DNA of 64,000 nucleotides from positions 92,628,001-92,692,000 of the forward strand of contig OZ024741.1 of the NCBI GenBank assembly GCA_964016885.1, given 5' to 3'. Shown here in pieces: positions 40,266 through 55,420 of this stretch (position 1 is the first letter of the stretch; the number at the start of each line of letters is the position of its first letter). The notes under the pieces are model-generated. The model searched no databases, was not told the DNA's origin, and saw only the letters and a program-made list of their open reading frames with translations. The DNA comes from Eledone cirrhosa. Lineage: Eukaryota. The translations under genes and the position numbers were made by a program.

Positions 40266-43200
40266 TGAATTGGCAGAATTGTTAGTGTCGGACAAAATGT
40301 TTTGCAGCATTTATTCCACTTCTTGATTCAAATCCTGCCAAGGTTTTAACTTTGCCATCAATCCTTCCAGGATCAATAAGATAAAGTACCAGTCAAGTAC
40401 TAGGGGCAACATAATCGACTTTCCATCCAACAACCAAATTGCTGGCCTTGTACCTAAATTAGAAACCATTTGGCAGTATCAGTAGAGCGTCAGACACCAT
40501 GCTTTGTAGCATAGAGTTATGGCTCTTTACATTCTGAGTTCAAATCCCGCTGAGGTTAACTTTGCCTTTCATCCTTACAGGATAAATAAAATAAAGTACC
40601 AGTAATGCACTGGGGTAATTGCTGGCCTTGTACCAAAAGTAGAAACAATTATTATTAATAATGAGTAGTTATGATATTAATGTTTCCTCAATGTACATTC
40701 ACAGTCTGATTTGTTTACCTAGCAAATATTTCCTAAGGAAACTATTTCAACACATTTTTCTCTGGCGTGATATAATCAATAAAGGAAAAAAACTAGTAGT
40801 AGTAGTAGTGGTGGTGGTGGTGGTGGTGGTGGTGGGAGCAGCAACAATTTACAACTACAACAATGACAACAGTAACAATAACAATGTAAACTTTTTTGAA
40901 AAAAATCGACATTTCAAGATAACCCATATTAAATCCACGGTATCAGCAGTGAATTAATAAATAACCAAATAAATATGGAACATATTTGTGTCACCTATTA
41001 TCACCATTACTTCAAATGGTAGAGAAAGAAACCAAGAGATTTCTTCCAAATGGCACTAAATAACACACACATATACATACATACATACACCACTAATGTG
41101 TATGTGTGTCTATGTTTATGTATGAGTGTATGTATAAAAGTGTATGTGTGTGTGTGCGTTTATGTGTGTGTGTGTGTATGAGTGGTAGAGAAAGAAACTA
41201 AAAGATTTCTTCAGAATGGCACTAAATAACACACATATACACACCACTAATATGTATGTGTATCTATGTTTATGTATGAGTGGGTATGTAGGTATTTGAG
41301 TGTATGTGTGATTGGTTATGTTGTCTGTGTATTAGTGGTGTATGTGGTTGGTGTTTGCGGTGTGTGTGTGTGTGTGTGTATGTGTATTAGTGGTGTATGT
41401 GTGTGTTGTTAATGATGATGTGGAATGTGTGTATTAGTGGAATATGTGTGCATGTATTAGTAATACATGCACTACTAATACACACACCACATCAACCACC
41501 AACACAAACACCAACCACTCATACACATACACATACACACACACAGGCACACACATTACACCAACCAACCAAAAATCAATGAATGAACCTCTCCCTGTCA
41601 TATCATATTGTCCCTTAGAATTTGGGGTGGAGGGAGTTGTTGTTATATTCCTTCTTGGTGTAAGATTAGAAACAAGAGCTGATGAATTGATTGATTTAAG
41701 TGGTGGTGGTGGTGGTAGTGGTGGCGGTGGTAGTAGTGATGGTAGTGGTGGTAGTAGTAGTGGTGGCGGTGGTGGTGGTGGTGGTTGGTAATGACAAGGA
41801 AAAGCTACCAAGCGACATCATTTGGGTGTCTGCATGTGTTTTTGTTTTAACATGATACACAAAGGAGAATGTTATATGCCATACCTTTCTAGAGAAGGCA
41901 AGTTACACTGTATTACTATATTACTTTGTCCCTCTAGTTTAGTGTCTCCTTACTTAATATAACATTTATCAAACTTCAGTATAATCATACAAGAACCCAT
42001 ATACTATACGTTTACGTATAAACATACATTTAGTCTCATAGCTGTGAACACGTCACAGCTACCTCAGGCCTTGCTATTAGTATTTAAATTGCAACCACAT
42101 CATAGCTATAAGACTAGATGTATGTTCATTATACATAAATATGGGTCTTATATATACCTGAATTCTGAACTATGCCACATGTAACCCAGTTTTTAGAATA
42201 AATGCACCATGTCCCTGCATATTGTAAGAAGCGCATAAAAGGGTTGGCGTCAAGAAGGGTATTTGGCTATAAAAGATTGTCTCAAAACAGCCAATCCAAC
42301 ACATAGCAGCATGGAAAATGGGCATAAAAACGATTATGGTGATGACAATCATAATAATAACGATGATGATGATAATGATAATTGTTTCTACTTTTGGCAC
42401 AAGGCCAGCAATTATCCAGTGAATTACTGGTACTTTATTTTATCGACCCTGTAAGAATGAAAGGCAAAGTTAACCTCGGCGGGATTTGAACTCAGAATGG
42501 CAAGGGCCGTAACTCTATGCGTCAAAGCATGACGTCCGACCCTCTACCGATACTGCCAATCCACCGCCTTTGATGATGATAATGATGATGTGTTAGTACT
42601 ATTGTTTATATCGTACATTAGAGTCACAACTGATATTAATGTTACTGGGAAGGTGACTGACTTGCTAGAATAAGTACCTAAATGCCTAACAGTACTACTA
42701 TGTCTGGCCTTCTGTATTTTGATATCTAAGAGGATGTTATAATTTGCTTGAAACATGGTGTAAAGTCTAGAAAATTGTGCTTTGTTAGAAGGCTACCACA
42801 ATGTTCAGAATATAGCTTAGATAGATGCCATGTAATCTATTCACCACTTCCAGTATTGAAAGAGAAATTTCAAAATATGGTAGCTTAACAGCGAGAAAAA
42901 ATGTACAGCTCCAAATTAGCTACTTCTATTAATCTTTTGATAAAGGGATTTTATCATGAAATATAAGGACCTATAAAGAACTCGAAGGTAACATCTTGAC
43001 ATCATTGTTATCATATTTACTGTCCAATTCACATTGTCGTAGCCATCCAACAAAACATTATTTTCAGACTTCTAATCTTAAAATCAAACACAGCTGAGTA
43101 ATCAGGTTGCAAGCATTCAAGCCAGGTATCCAACTGGAGGATAACTTCATAAAGGGGTTGATAGTAACAATGTAGGCTAGAGAGGAGACTTTAGTCATGT

Positions 43201-45278
43201 TTAAAACTCGACAACCTATCTAGCACTGATGCTTCAATAAATGTACCCAGTACACTCTGTAAAGTGGTAGGCAATCAAATGTTACTAACATAGGATAGAG
43301 AAGACTATTTAATCAAGTCTAGGACGCGACAACCTCAAGTGCTGGTGCCACATTAAAAAAAAAACACCCAGTACACCTTGTAAGGCAGTTAGTTTTATAA
43401 AGAGCATGCAATTGCAGAAATCATGCCAAAAGGGGGCATGAGACTTGGTCCCCCAACTTGTTTAAGGGGACGATACTTCTGAATAAGTGCAGACCTAGAT
43501 TGTAAGGATGGTGGTGATGTTGATGGTAATCAAAATAATGATTGTAATGATAATGATGATGATGTTGATGATGATGATGCTGGTGGTGCAGACGATGATG
43601 ATGATGATAGTTACTCAAACAAATGAACAGACATCAACATACAGAGGGAGAGACTACACAGAAATGTAGTTTATGCCAGTGCAGAAAAACAAACCTGATG
43701 ATGACGATGACATTGATGAAGACGATCACTTCACACATAGAAACATCATAATTTATATTTTAGAATTTATTTATTTATTTTTAGTACGTTTGTCTTTTAT
43801 GGTATTGTCATATTTTCACAAGAATTTCTTTTCACAGAAAATCTTTACTACACACTCACATACCCACACATATACATACACACATACATCTGCACACACT
43901 CACACATGTACATATATGCATGTGCATACACAAACATACATATCTATACATACACATACACACAAATACATACATACATGTGCACACACACACACATACA
44001 CACATACATGTGCACACATTCATTCACACGCACCTTCACAAAAATGTTCACGCATACATGTGCTCACACACAGATGTACACACACATACACATATGTTCA
44101 GGGAGGGGAGATTAATCTACCTGTGTATGGTTAATTAAAAGCTATCAAGGGTATGAAGGCAAGATCTAAAATATGCCTCCACCGCCCCTATTTAACTGAG
44201 ATTAATTAGACTCCAATCTAATGAAGGATCTCATTTATAACAGATGTCGATATTGTAAGAAGATTAGCAACAACAACAGCATCAACAAAAGCATTAACAA
44301 TAAAAAAAAAAAACAGCAACATGATCTCTGTAAATTCAGTTTGACATCAAACTGCCTGTTACTATTCCTGGTTCTACGAAAACTGTGTTTTAACGTGTTT
44401 ATATTTACGAAAGACCCTTTCATCATATTCACATTTCAGACCTTTGACTTAATTTCATTTCTTTTGGCATAATTTTTGTACCCATCAAATAGAATGCTTT
44501 GTGGTATTCATTCAGGCTATCTGCGTTCTGAGTTCAAATCCCACCAAGGTCAACTTTGCCTTTCATCTCTGAGGTTGATCAAAAATGTACCTGTCCAGTA
44601 CTGGGAGTCAATTCTTCCTCACCCTCCACTTTCTCTCTCTCTTTCTCTGAAAGAAACTGGCTGTGTTGAAACCTGGAGAGCGATGGGCAGCACAATGTTT
44701 AAATGACCCAATATGTCACAACAGCACTCTTACAACTCCCCCAGGAGTTACAAGTCCATACGTATATACAATTTTTCTAAGGGCAAACAAAAACTATACC
44801 CTTGTTTGTTCTTCAATTCTTCAGTTAATATTTTTAACTTTTATAGAATTTAAATATAACCATTGTCAGTGAAGGCACATGGTTTAGTGGTTACAGAATT
44901 GGATTCACAATCGTGAGACTGCGAGTTTGATTCCTGGACCGGGTGATGCATTGTATCCTTGAACACGATACTTTATCTCACCTTGCGACCAGTAGATAGT
45001 ACCAGCAATGGAAACACTGTTTCCTTGATCTGATTTGCGAATAAGGTCTGAGATCTTGTCAATTGATTTGATCGAACCGTTGGCTATGTATATCTTTATG
45101 TTCATCAAATAAATTTTCAGTGAAGGGGCAAGGCTACAAAGAATTGTGACATAGTTGTAACTCTTTATTTTTGTAGCCTATTCCCTTCCTTCACCGTTTA
45201 TCATAATTTTATACAGGAACCTATGTTTATACTTTCTGGGTAATTGCTGGCCTTGTGCCTAAAGTAGAAACATTTATT

Positions 45279-45463
45279 ATTGGCAGTATCGGTAGAGGGT
45301 TGGACGCCATGCTTTGACGTATAGAGTTACGGCCCTTGCCATTCTGAGTTCAAATCCCGCTGAGGTTAACTTTGCCTTTCATCCTTACGGGGTCGATAAA
45401 ATAAAGTACCAGTAATGCACTGGATAATTGCTGGCCTTGTGCCTAACGTAGAAACAATTATTA
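45279..45463 (+). mobile_element. Second SINE family with a MetaSINE-like domain and (TTA)n tail (representative copy)
   Basis: TGGCAGTATCGGTAG A-box-like, GTTCAAATCC B box, GCCTTTCATCCTTACGGGGTCGATAAAATAAAGTACC domain. Other copies near 39320-39725, 40265-40655, 42380-42570(-), 47155-47375, 50955-51362, 57550-57720, 61395-61525, 62300-62420(-). Confidence 0.72.
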
Positions 45464-47556
45464 TATTTCTAATGCCTATATCTTTCAAATAAGAATTTGG
45501 AATTTAGTTATATAACTAACATACTCATTATTGATCTGTTGTTTAGAACATAACTTAAAAAAGGTTCTTACATAAAATTATGATAAAAGATTTTTTTGAT
45601 AAATATAAACACTTGAAAATAAACAACTTTGTATCATATAACTAGGAGTAGTTTCAGCCTGTTTCTTATCAAAAGGGTTAACATTTATAAACAATATCCA
45701 TCCATGAAGAAGATTAACAACAGCAACAATAGTAGCAGCAATAACAAAATAAAGTAACAGTAACACTATGTATCCTATAGGTTCAATTGTATTAATGCTT
45801 TTGATATCAAGCTACATGAAGCAATCTTGGTTCTACGATATAAAACTGTTTGTATTTATACCATCACAATTTTATGTAAGAACTTTTGTTAAATGATGTT
45901 CAAAATTATTTTTAAGCCACAGGCAGTGTCTTTCACTAGCAATAAAGTAACAAAAGAATTAAGCTGTTTCACACACCTGCTTAATAATGCTTTAATAATG
46001 AGAAAGTTAAGTGACATTACTAAATCCAGTCAAATTCTTGGTTATTTTCTCAAAAAGGACACTATAACGAAACCTGTCATGCAGCTTTAGTAGAGAAAAC
46101 AACATCAAAATGTTTATTATTGTTGTTTTTCACTCGAAGTAAGGTGTCAAAAGGGTTAAGCAATGCTATAAACAACAGCTTAATAAAGAAAAAGTTAGTT
46201 ACATTACAAATCCTACCAAATTCTTGATTAGTTTTTAAATTAATTAAAAATCAGTGTTTTCATTAGAAACATATAACAAAAATGTAAACTAAAGGTGTGA
46301 TTTTCCGACACAAGAAAGATACCCAGCTCTGTACTTGTATCATAGGCAGTGTATTTCATTAGAAATGTATGGTAAAGAAAGGGTTGTAGCATAAAAATCT
46401 TCAGAAACGAATTTTGTATGAAGACAGTAGTAATGAACTAATTGACTCATATTGAGATTGATCAAACTGAAGTAGATAACGAAGTTTAGAAACAAACATC
46501 TGGCATGAATATAGTCATACCATTTAATTGTGTGACGTATGTGTGCATGTGATGCGAGTGTAATGTGTGTGTAATGTGTGTGTGTGTGTGTAGTGTGTGT
46601 GTGTGTGTGTGTGTAGTGTGTGTGTAGTGTGTGTGTAGTGTGTGTGTGTAGTGTGTGTGTGTGTAGTGTGTGTGTGTGTAGTGTGTGAGAGAGAGAGAGA
46701 GAGACGAGATGGGGAAACCCTACACTCAACACCCAACAGAGCAGCAGCCCCACACCACACTACACTATTGATTACATATACTCTATAACTATGAGTCAAC
46801 TATATGAGAAGTGATGAAGAATCCAAGGGATACCTCGCTATATGTTACACAAAATTTGGCAGGGAGCGTGCTTGGCAAATTATTTTGGCACAATAATACA
46901 CTGTTAGAAGCATATAAATTTATATTTATATATATATGTGTTTGTGTACACATACTTATGTGCATGTAAATATATATCCATATACAAATATATATTCATA
47001 TGTGTGTGTGTGTGTGTGTGTATAAACAGGCAGACATAAATATGATTTTATCTCTGTTTTTCCATGCTGCCATGGATTGAATAATATATAAGAGTGTGTA
47101 TGCGTATGTGCTTGAGGATAGATATAGTTAGATATAGATATATAATTATTGGGGTGATGGATTGGCAGTATCGGTTGAGCGCCGGACAACATGCTGTGGA
47201 GCATAGAGTTACAGCCCTTTACGTTCTGAGTTAAAATCCTGCCGAGGTTAGCTTTGCCTTTCATCCTTACAGGGCTCGATAAAATAAAGTACCAGTCACG
47301 CACTGGGGTCGATTTAATCGACTTTCCCCTCACCCCAAATGCTGGCCTTGTCCCTAAATCTGAAACCATTATTATCCTGATCGTTTTTATGTCCAGTTTT
47401 AGAGACAGTGTTCTATGATCAGATACTTTTCCTGACACCAATCCTTACATATTTCTTTTAAGTAAGGTACTCATCTTCACACATCAAACTGCAAGACTTT
47501 TTGTGTGTTTGACATAAATATCATCACTAGCAGTGTAAATTGCTAAGAAAAAAAAA

Positions 47557-47589
<33 letters not shown>

Positions 47590-48730
47590 GCTGAGTGGTT
47601 AGAGAATTGGATTCGCAATCGTAGGCGATGCGCTATGTCCTTGAGCAAGACACTTTATTTCACGTTGCTCCTACTACCTGGAGTTACGACCGATAGATAG
47701 TATTAGCAATTGGAAAGACCAACAGAAACATTGTTCCCTCGGTCCGATTTGACGAAAGTCGATCGTGCCTTTATATACATATATCAAACTGAACACACGC
47801 ATGCTTTTTCTCCCCAAATTCTTTTTTCTGTTTCTTCTTCTTTTCATTCTCCTCTATCCTTCTATTTCTTCTTTTATTTCTCATTCTATCTTCTGATGAA
47901 AGACTAATATCTGAAACATCAAAACTCTTTTTCCTACTATAATAACCATTAAAGATAATATATATCTGTATCATTTGCTATGTTCTTTTCCATGTGGTGG
48001 TGGTGTTTGAGAAGGAATAAAATGAAAAATAAAAAGAAAGTAGTGGTGATGATGATGATGATACTGATGATTATGATGACAGTAATGATGAAGAAGAACA
48101 TTTACATAGTAGCAGTAGTGGTAGTGTGTCTACTGCTTTGTTCTTTGTTTACCAATATCATCAGAGATTGGTGTCAGAGTAACATTTTGTGCTGCAGAAA
48201 AGCAGTAAAACCCAATCATCTCAAGTTAAGAAGAACATAATAGTTATTCTTAGCCAGTGAAGAGAAATGTTTTCAGCTTCTTTTTGAAGTTGGAATTAGT
48301 CTGAGACTTGATAAACAGCTATTGGCAATGTAGTCTATATTTTAAGACTATAATTTGCCATGTATTTACCACATATAACGTTGCAGATATTCTAAGTTAA
48401 CCTTTTTGATACTGAACTGCCTGTAACCACCCACTGGTTCTATGATACAAAGATGTTTTTTTAAGAGTTTATATTTATCTAAAAACCTTCCATTGTAATT
48501 TTATGTAAGAACCTTTCTTAAGTTGTTCCAAACATCATCCTCATCATCAGCAGTTTTTATATCCACTTTTATATGTTGGCATGATCTACAGTCAAATGCT
48601 CTTTCTGACACCAACCCTTTTAGTTGCCTCTTACAACACACAGTGATATGCTGTATCGATTCTAAAAACCAGGATACACGTCAGATAAATAATGAGAAAG
48701 ATAGTTATATTACTTCATTAGAAATATAGA

Positions 48731-49036
48731 CCACCCCTTTCTCTGTAAAGTTATGTTGGTACCACAACATCCAGTCCTAAATAAATGAGGTCATGTAGGT
48801 GTCACGACAAAAAAACACAACAGTCCACGCTGTAATGTGGCCGTGTAGGTAACACAGTAAAAACCTCCCAGTCCACACTGTAAACATGGTTGGTGTTAGG
48901 AAGGTCATCCAACCGTAGAAAACCTGCCAGACAGTCCTATACGAGCAAGACAACCAATCTTGCCTCACGTGGGACAATTCCCGTCTAAACCTATGCTAGC
49001 ATGGAAGATAGACGTTAAACGATGATGATGATGATG
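48731..49036 (+). mobile_element. RTE family A 3' UTR fragment
   Basis: Matches 35930-36230 and ends in (GAT)n. Confidence 0.85.
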
Positions 49037-52000
49037 AATGAGTTAAAAAAGAATTGACGCAGATTTTCAGAAAATGATTAGAGGATCAATCAAACATAAA
49101 AGAGCTAAAATAGTGATTGATACTTTGTAGATAGGATAATATTTTGTGTTAAATATTTTATCAGTAGGTGGGTGGCTTAGTGGCTAGAGTGTTGGCTTCA
49201 TTATCCTAAGATTACAGGTTCACTTCCCAGACCAGGCAGTGAGTTGTGTCTTTGTGCAAGCTAACTTATTTTCACATTGCTCCAGTCTTCTCTGGTTTAA
49301 AAAATGAGTACCAGCTGCAGGGAATTAACCTTGTGACAGGAAAGGGGAAAGTTTTGTGCTCTCAGTCACTTAACACCTCATTAAATTAGTATAAGTTTCA
49401 GCCTGGTGAACCTCTAGGCTCAAGATAGACTTTAACTAACTAAAAACGTTTATTAGGAAACAACACAAGTTGACTTATATAAAGGATAACCCTTGGCAAT
49501 AACAGTTGTTTCATAGCTTTTGAATGTTCTGATGTTTTACATTAGGCATCAAGGAGGATAATACACTGGCAAAGTCAATTTCATTTGTCACTCTACCGAC
49601 TGAGTCAATTCCAACCACCACCATTATCTGGAGCAGTAACATCTCATACTTATATCCTGATTACTTTGATGAATGGAAGTTATAATTACATGCTGAGATG
49701 ACATATAACTCATTTTCTCAATTAGTTTTTTTCTACTTATTTTTTCTCATGAGGGAAATACAAATGATTGAAAAAAGTTATACTAATCCTGTACTAATGC
49801 TGCCATTTGAACTGGAGTAATCTGAAATTTAAATACACAAATATAGCTAATTGATAGTGTTGGTGTTGACACATCATCCTCTCCATTGTCATCACCACTT
49901 TACACCTACTTCCAATTTAGGCATGGGTTGGACAGGTTGTTACAGTCTGAGTTAGTTCTTATTCAGAGTGACTGTTCTCTTAAATGGGTTGGAAGTTAAT
50001 TAGTTAATTAAAAGAAGCTCATCAGGAATTAAGCAACTGGGAGTATGAGACTCCACTATGGCTGGGACAACAGACTATTGCAGGATTAACCCCCTTCCTT
50101 CCAGCTACTGTTGCTGGTACTCGTTTTCAGCTGAGTTGACTAGAACAACATGAAATGAAATGTTTTCCTCAAGAACACAAGACACTATCTGGTCTGGGAA
50201 TCAAACCCCTGACATTACAACTGTGAGCCCAAAACTTTAGCCACTAAAAGAACATATCTCACTCATACATTCCAATTCCTGGCATGGTTTCTATGGCTGA
50301 ATGCCTTTCATAATACCAGCCACAAGTGTACTGGTTGTATTTTATCATAGCACCAGCACTAGAGAGGTTGCCATGTCCTTGACACGGTCAAAGAGCTCTC
50401 TCTACCTTACATTGTTTCTATTCGATCACCAACCATTTTACAAAGTGTACTGAGGGCATTTTATAATGATGACAGCACTAGAGAAGTTGCTTTGCTCCCT
50501 GGATGACAAAACGGTCCTCTCCATTTTATGTCATCCCCATGCTTTAAGCGCAAAAATCCCTTCAGGGTATCTATCAATATAACCTGCAGCATGTAATCTT
50601 TATTCAACCAGTTTCTTTATATATACATGCTGGTTCCAATGACAAGTGTCTCAGTTGTTTTTTTTATTAACAAAACATAATTCTCGGGAAGATTCAGTGT
50701 GACACACTGTGACAAAGCCGGCCCTTTGAATTGCAGGAATAACTCATTTTTGCAAGCTGAGTGGATTGGAGCAAAATGAAATAAAGTGCCTTGTTCAATG
50801 ACACAACATACTGTTGGAAATTGAAATGATGATCATACGATTATGAAACGGACACCCTAACCACAAAGCCATGCACCTTCACTAAACATGACATACCATT
50901 GTTACAAAAAGTGGTTGGAATATTCTGTCTTTATATTGAAGAACAATGGCAATGGATTGGCAGTATCGGTAGAGCATCAGACAACATGCTTTGCAGCATA
51001 GAGTTAATGCCCTTTACGTTCTGAATTCAAATCCCACTGAGGTTAACTTTGCCTTTCATCCTTACGGGGTCGACAAATGAAGTACCAGTAATGTACTGGG
51101 ATAATTGCTGGCCTTGTGCCAAAAGTAGAAACAATTATATTGAAGAACAATGGATTGGTAGAGCTGTTAGAGCATCTGACAAAATATTTTGCAGCATTTA
51201 GTTATGACTCTTTATATTCTGAGTTCAAATCCTGCCAACGTCAACTTTGCCTTTCATCTAGGGTTAATAAATAAAATACCAATCAAGTATTAGAGTCGAT
51301 TTAACTGACTTTTTCTTCCCCACTAAAATTGCTGGCCTTGTACCTAAATTAGAAACAATTGTATTAAAGAACAGTTAGGTAGTGGTGTTATTGTTTAGCT
51401 CCAGGTCAAGTGTAATTGACCAGACTTCAATCCAATGTGACCTGGAGACTAACTTACATGAGAGAATTTGTCACCCACTTAAAAATCACCACTTAGCTCC
51501 TGGATACTTTTAGCAGATTTCCACACTATTGCAAGCATTCAGAACACAGATCCACTTTAAGGCTACTTTAATCACTCATTCTCTACTACCAGTTTCAAAG
51601 AACCTGAAAAGTGTCATAAGGTCACTGTTCGTCCCTCTCCTAACTAAACAGTAGAAAAAAATCAAAACAATCCAACTGTGACCATCCTGTCTCTTTTATT
51701 TTTTGAAGCATGGGGGAATAGTATGTCTAAGACTTACCCAACGAAGCCTTCCTTTTTTTAAAACAGTAAGGTTTGATATCAGGGAGATTTTGCTGTTATT
51801 TCTAACAGATCAAACAACCACATACGGTTGGGTGTCTGCTGGCAGAAATTATAAAGTAGTGTTGGATTAAAAGCTTTATTTAGTCTCATATCTATACATT
51901 CCAGTGTCAACTTCATTGTTCATTCCAGGCACTATCATCATCATCGCTTTTACGTCAACTTTTCCATGCTGGCATAAATTAGACAGGACTTTTTGGGGCA

Positions 52001-52627
52001 AAGTTTTTCAACCGGATGCTCTTCCTAACACCAACTCTTTTAGTTGCTTCTTACAACATGCAGGAATATAGTGTACTTATCCTAAACTAGATACACTCAG
52101 GTGTCAGAAATGGCATCCAACAATAAAACACTGTGCCAGACAGACCCACCCGACCTACACATGCCAGCATAGAAAAGCAGTCATGAAAGCAATGACAAAA
52201 AAAATAACTGAAAAGAAATAAAAAAGATAGATCACACTATCTAATCTATGAGATTGCATTTCAAAGGGGGGTTCTTGGGTGTTTTAATGATAGAGGCCAC
52301 AGTTCTATCATTTACAAAGCAATGTGAAATTAAATGACTTGCTCAAGAACACATGCCCACTAGTCCAAGAATCAAACACATGATTATATGACAGTGAAAC
52401 TAAAACCCTAAGCAATGTACCTTCATCATTGTTATGACAATAATGATGATGATAGTCAACATTGTTATGACAATAATGATGATGATAGTCAACATAACTA
52501 TAATTAATTTCTTCCAGGTAACTCTATGTAATCATACTTCTAATAAAAGTGATTGGATTTAATCTTCGATCAGAGACGCTGCAGAAAAAAACGTAAATCC
52601 AAATCTATAACATAACAGATAGTAGCA

Positions 52628-52915
52628 ATGATGATGATGTTGATAATGATGAGGCTGTTGGTGTTATTAATGATGATGATGGTGATATTAGTGATGGTGT
52701 TGATAATGATGTTGATAATGACGATGTTGTTAATGTCATTGATGCTAACGATGCTGATATTGTTGATGATGATGTTGATGTCAGGTGATCATGATGATAT
52801 TGTTGATGATGTTAATGGTGATGGTGTTGATGATGATGGTGATACTGCTGATGATGATGCTGTTGGTGATGATAATGATACTGATGATAAAGATGACAAT
52901 GATGATAATAATAAC
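52628..52915. repeat. Degenerate (GAT)n low-complexity tract
   Basis: Directly visible. Confidence 0.9.
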
Positions 52916-54094
52916 TCTTAATAGATTCCACACAACTAACATAGAAGCTTCAATCTTTTCATCTTTAGACTTCAAAGGTTAAATCAAAGAAGCTTGCAGT
53001 TGTCATATAATGCATAAGTAGCTCCACACTGCACCTTTAATTGTGACACCAAGAAGATACAGACTAATAAAATAGGTAGATGAGGATTAATAATACACTT
53101 TGAATGAGAGCAACTTTGTAAAAGAATCTTAATTGTTAAGTTGAAAAGGATAAAGTATAGAGTAAATATCAGAGCATGTGCAGAAAGATGGTGTGTGGTT
53201 AAGGCGCTTGCTTTTCAACCATGTGGCTTCAGGTTCAGTTTCTTTGTGTGATACCTTGGGCAAGTGTCTTTTACTATAGCCATGGACTGACCAATGCCAT
53301 GAGAGCAAAGTTTGGTTGACAGAAACTGTGCAGAAGCCAATCATGTGTGTGTCACAGCAAAAAGTACCCAGCCCAAACTGTAAGGTGGTCATGTAGGTGT
53401 CAAAGCAAAAAGCACCCAGTCGACACTATAACGTGGTCGTGTAGGCATCATAACAAACAGTACCCAGTGAAGGGCATCCAGCTTTAAAAACCAAGCCAAA
53501 ATCAATTCTGTATGAGCAAGGCATGGTCACCTGACCTGGCATTGCTCACAACAGGATAACTCGTCTAAACCATACCAGCATGGAAACATGGACGTTAAAC
53601 GGTAATGATGATGATGATGATATATATATAATAATAATAATAAATACAAATAGCAAAATCCAGAGAGGACTCAACATGGGTTGTATATATAGTATAGTAT
53701 ATATAAATCCATAAAGCAAATATTTATTAACACAGATTAAAAGTTTAAGCAAACAGTTTCTGTTTTCACCCTAAAGGGAGATCTTCTGCAGATTCCATTT
53801 TAGGGTGAAAACAGAAATTGTTTGCTTAAACTTTTTTGATATGTGCTAATAATACATATATATATAATCATTACCATTTTACATTTGTGTTCCATGCTGG
53901 CATGGGTTCCAATGGATTGTCACGTTCTAAGACTAGACAAGTCAGATGACAGCATTTTGTGCATGCTTCTGTTGGCATGGTTTCTACAACTAAATGCTCT
54001 TTGTAATGTCAACAATCACTTTACAGTATGTACTGGATGTACTTTATTGTGACATCAGCACTACTACTTTACAGAACAGGCTGGGCGAGCATAT

Positions 54095-54483
54095 ATCATC
54101 ATCATCATCATCATTTTATGTCCGCTTTTCCCTGCTTGCAAGGGTGGGACGGGAATTGATTCTGGCTTGATTTCTACAGCTGGATGCCCTTCCTAACACC
54201 AACCTCATTTACAGTGAGTGCTGGGTGCTTTTTTTCCGTGTCGCCTACACATCCACTTTACAGTGTGGGCTGGGTGCTTTTTTGCCGTGGCACCTCCACG
54301 ACCACTTTGCAGTGGAATGATAGGAACCCCAGTCCTATCATCTCATTTCTACAGCTGAGTAAACTGGAGCAATGTGAAATAAAGGTCTTGCTCAAGGAAA
54401 CAACACATCACCCGGTCAGAGAATTAAACTCACAACCTTTCGATTGCAAGCCCAATGCTCTAACCACTAAGCCATGTGCCTCC
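54095..54483 (-). mobile_element. Same tRNA/RTE-tail SINE family, minus-strand copy
   Basis: Reverse complement of 39921-40265 with one extra ~50-bp UTR repeat unit. Confidence 0.82.
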
Positions 54484-54499
54484 ATATATATATATATAT

Positions 54500-55420
54500 A
54501 TTAGGTAGAAACTCAATCCTATGTCCCAAATGCAAATTATAAGTACACAAGAGGTGTAGTGGGAAATCAGGCAGGCTAGTAAAAAGGAATCAAATGCTGT
54601 CTGTAGGAGAGAAGACCGCAATGGTATGGGCATGAAGGACGACAGCTGTATAAAAAGGTGCAGGGCACTCGAGGTTGTAGGATGCCTCAGAAGAGAAAGA
54701 CATAGGAAGACGTGGAATGAAATAATAAAGGCTGACATGGCACAACTGAACCTTTTGACGGAGACAACATAGGACCGAGACCTCTGGCATTACGAAATAC
54801 GACAGAAGACCTGAGTCAACAACCCAGTCCAGCTCACACCATAAACATGCTTTGTGCTTTGGAAGGGCATCCGGCTGTCATGAAATCACAGTGTCCTGAC
54901 ATGGCTGCAGTCTAATGATTGTAAACTTTGGTGCTGAATATGTATCATGAGCAACTTCATTGAAAAGCATGGGTTTTTTGATTTTCTTGCAAATGTACAA
55001 TATACATTAACAGTGGATGCACACACACATATTAGTAGAACCCCTTCCTTGCACAAATCCTAACTGTATCTCATCTAATTTAAATCTTTCCCAATTTAGC
55101 TGTGTTAACAGTCTTTCTGTCACTTTCATAACTTGATCCATCAGTTTTATGCCTCTGTAGTTGTTCTCTTCTAAAGCATCATCTTTCCCTTGTGATAATT
55201 AATGATTATACTGCAACACCAGTCATTAGATACAACATTATCCTGTATTACCCGATTGACTTTGCAGTTGACTAGCTTATGCCCTCCTTCACCAGAAAAA
55301 TTCAGCATTTCAATGACTATAACTGATGGCCCAACAGCTTTACCATTCTTCATCCCCTTACCTATTAGCTGTCAACTTCAATAACCAGTTCTTCTGTTAA
55401 GTCTACTGGGGAGTAGTTCC
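54500..55420. mobile_element. Degenerate RTE fragments (plus strand 54500-54880, minus strand 55030-55420)
   Basis: Remnants of [10 protein letters not shown] and RKTW on plus; MKNGKAVGPS...IEML...YHKGK on minus. Confidence 0.7.

Noticed and set aside
41016-41282. ~167-bp-period direct duplication; also a 33-bp duplication at 52427-52495
   Set aside because: Ordinary local slippage duplications in low-complexity intron sequence.
44100-44250. Cluster of TAAT/ATTA motifs as a possible enhancer
   Set aside because: Expected by chance in AT-rich DNA; needs conservation or chromatin data.
47893-47925. CTGATGA...GAAAC hammerhead-like string
   Set aside because: Stems I and III do not pair convincingly; likely chance in AT-rich DNA.
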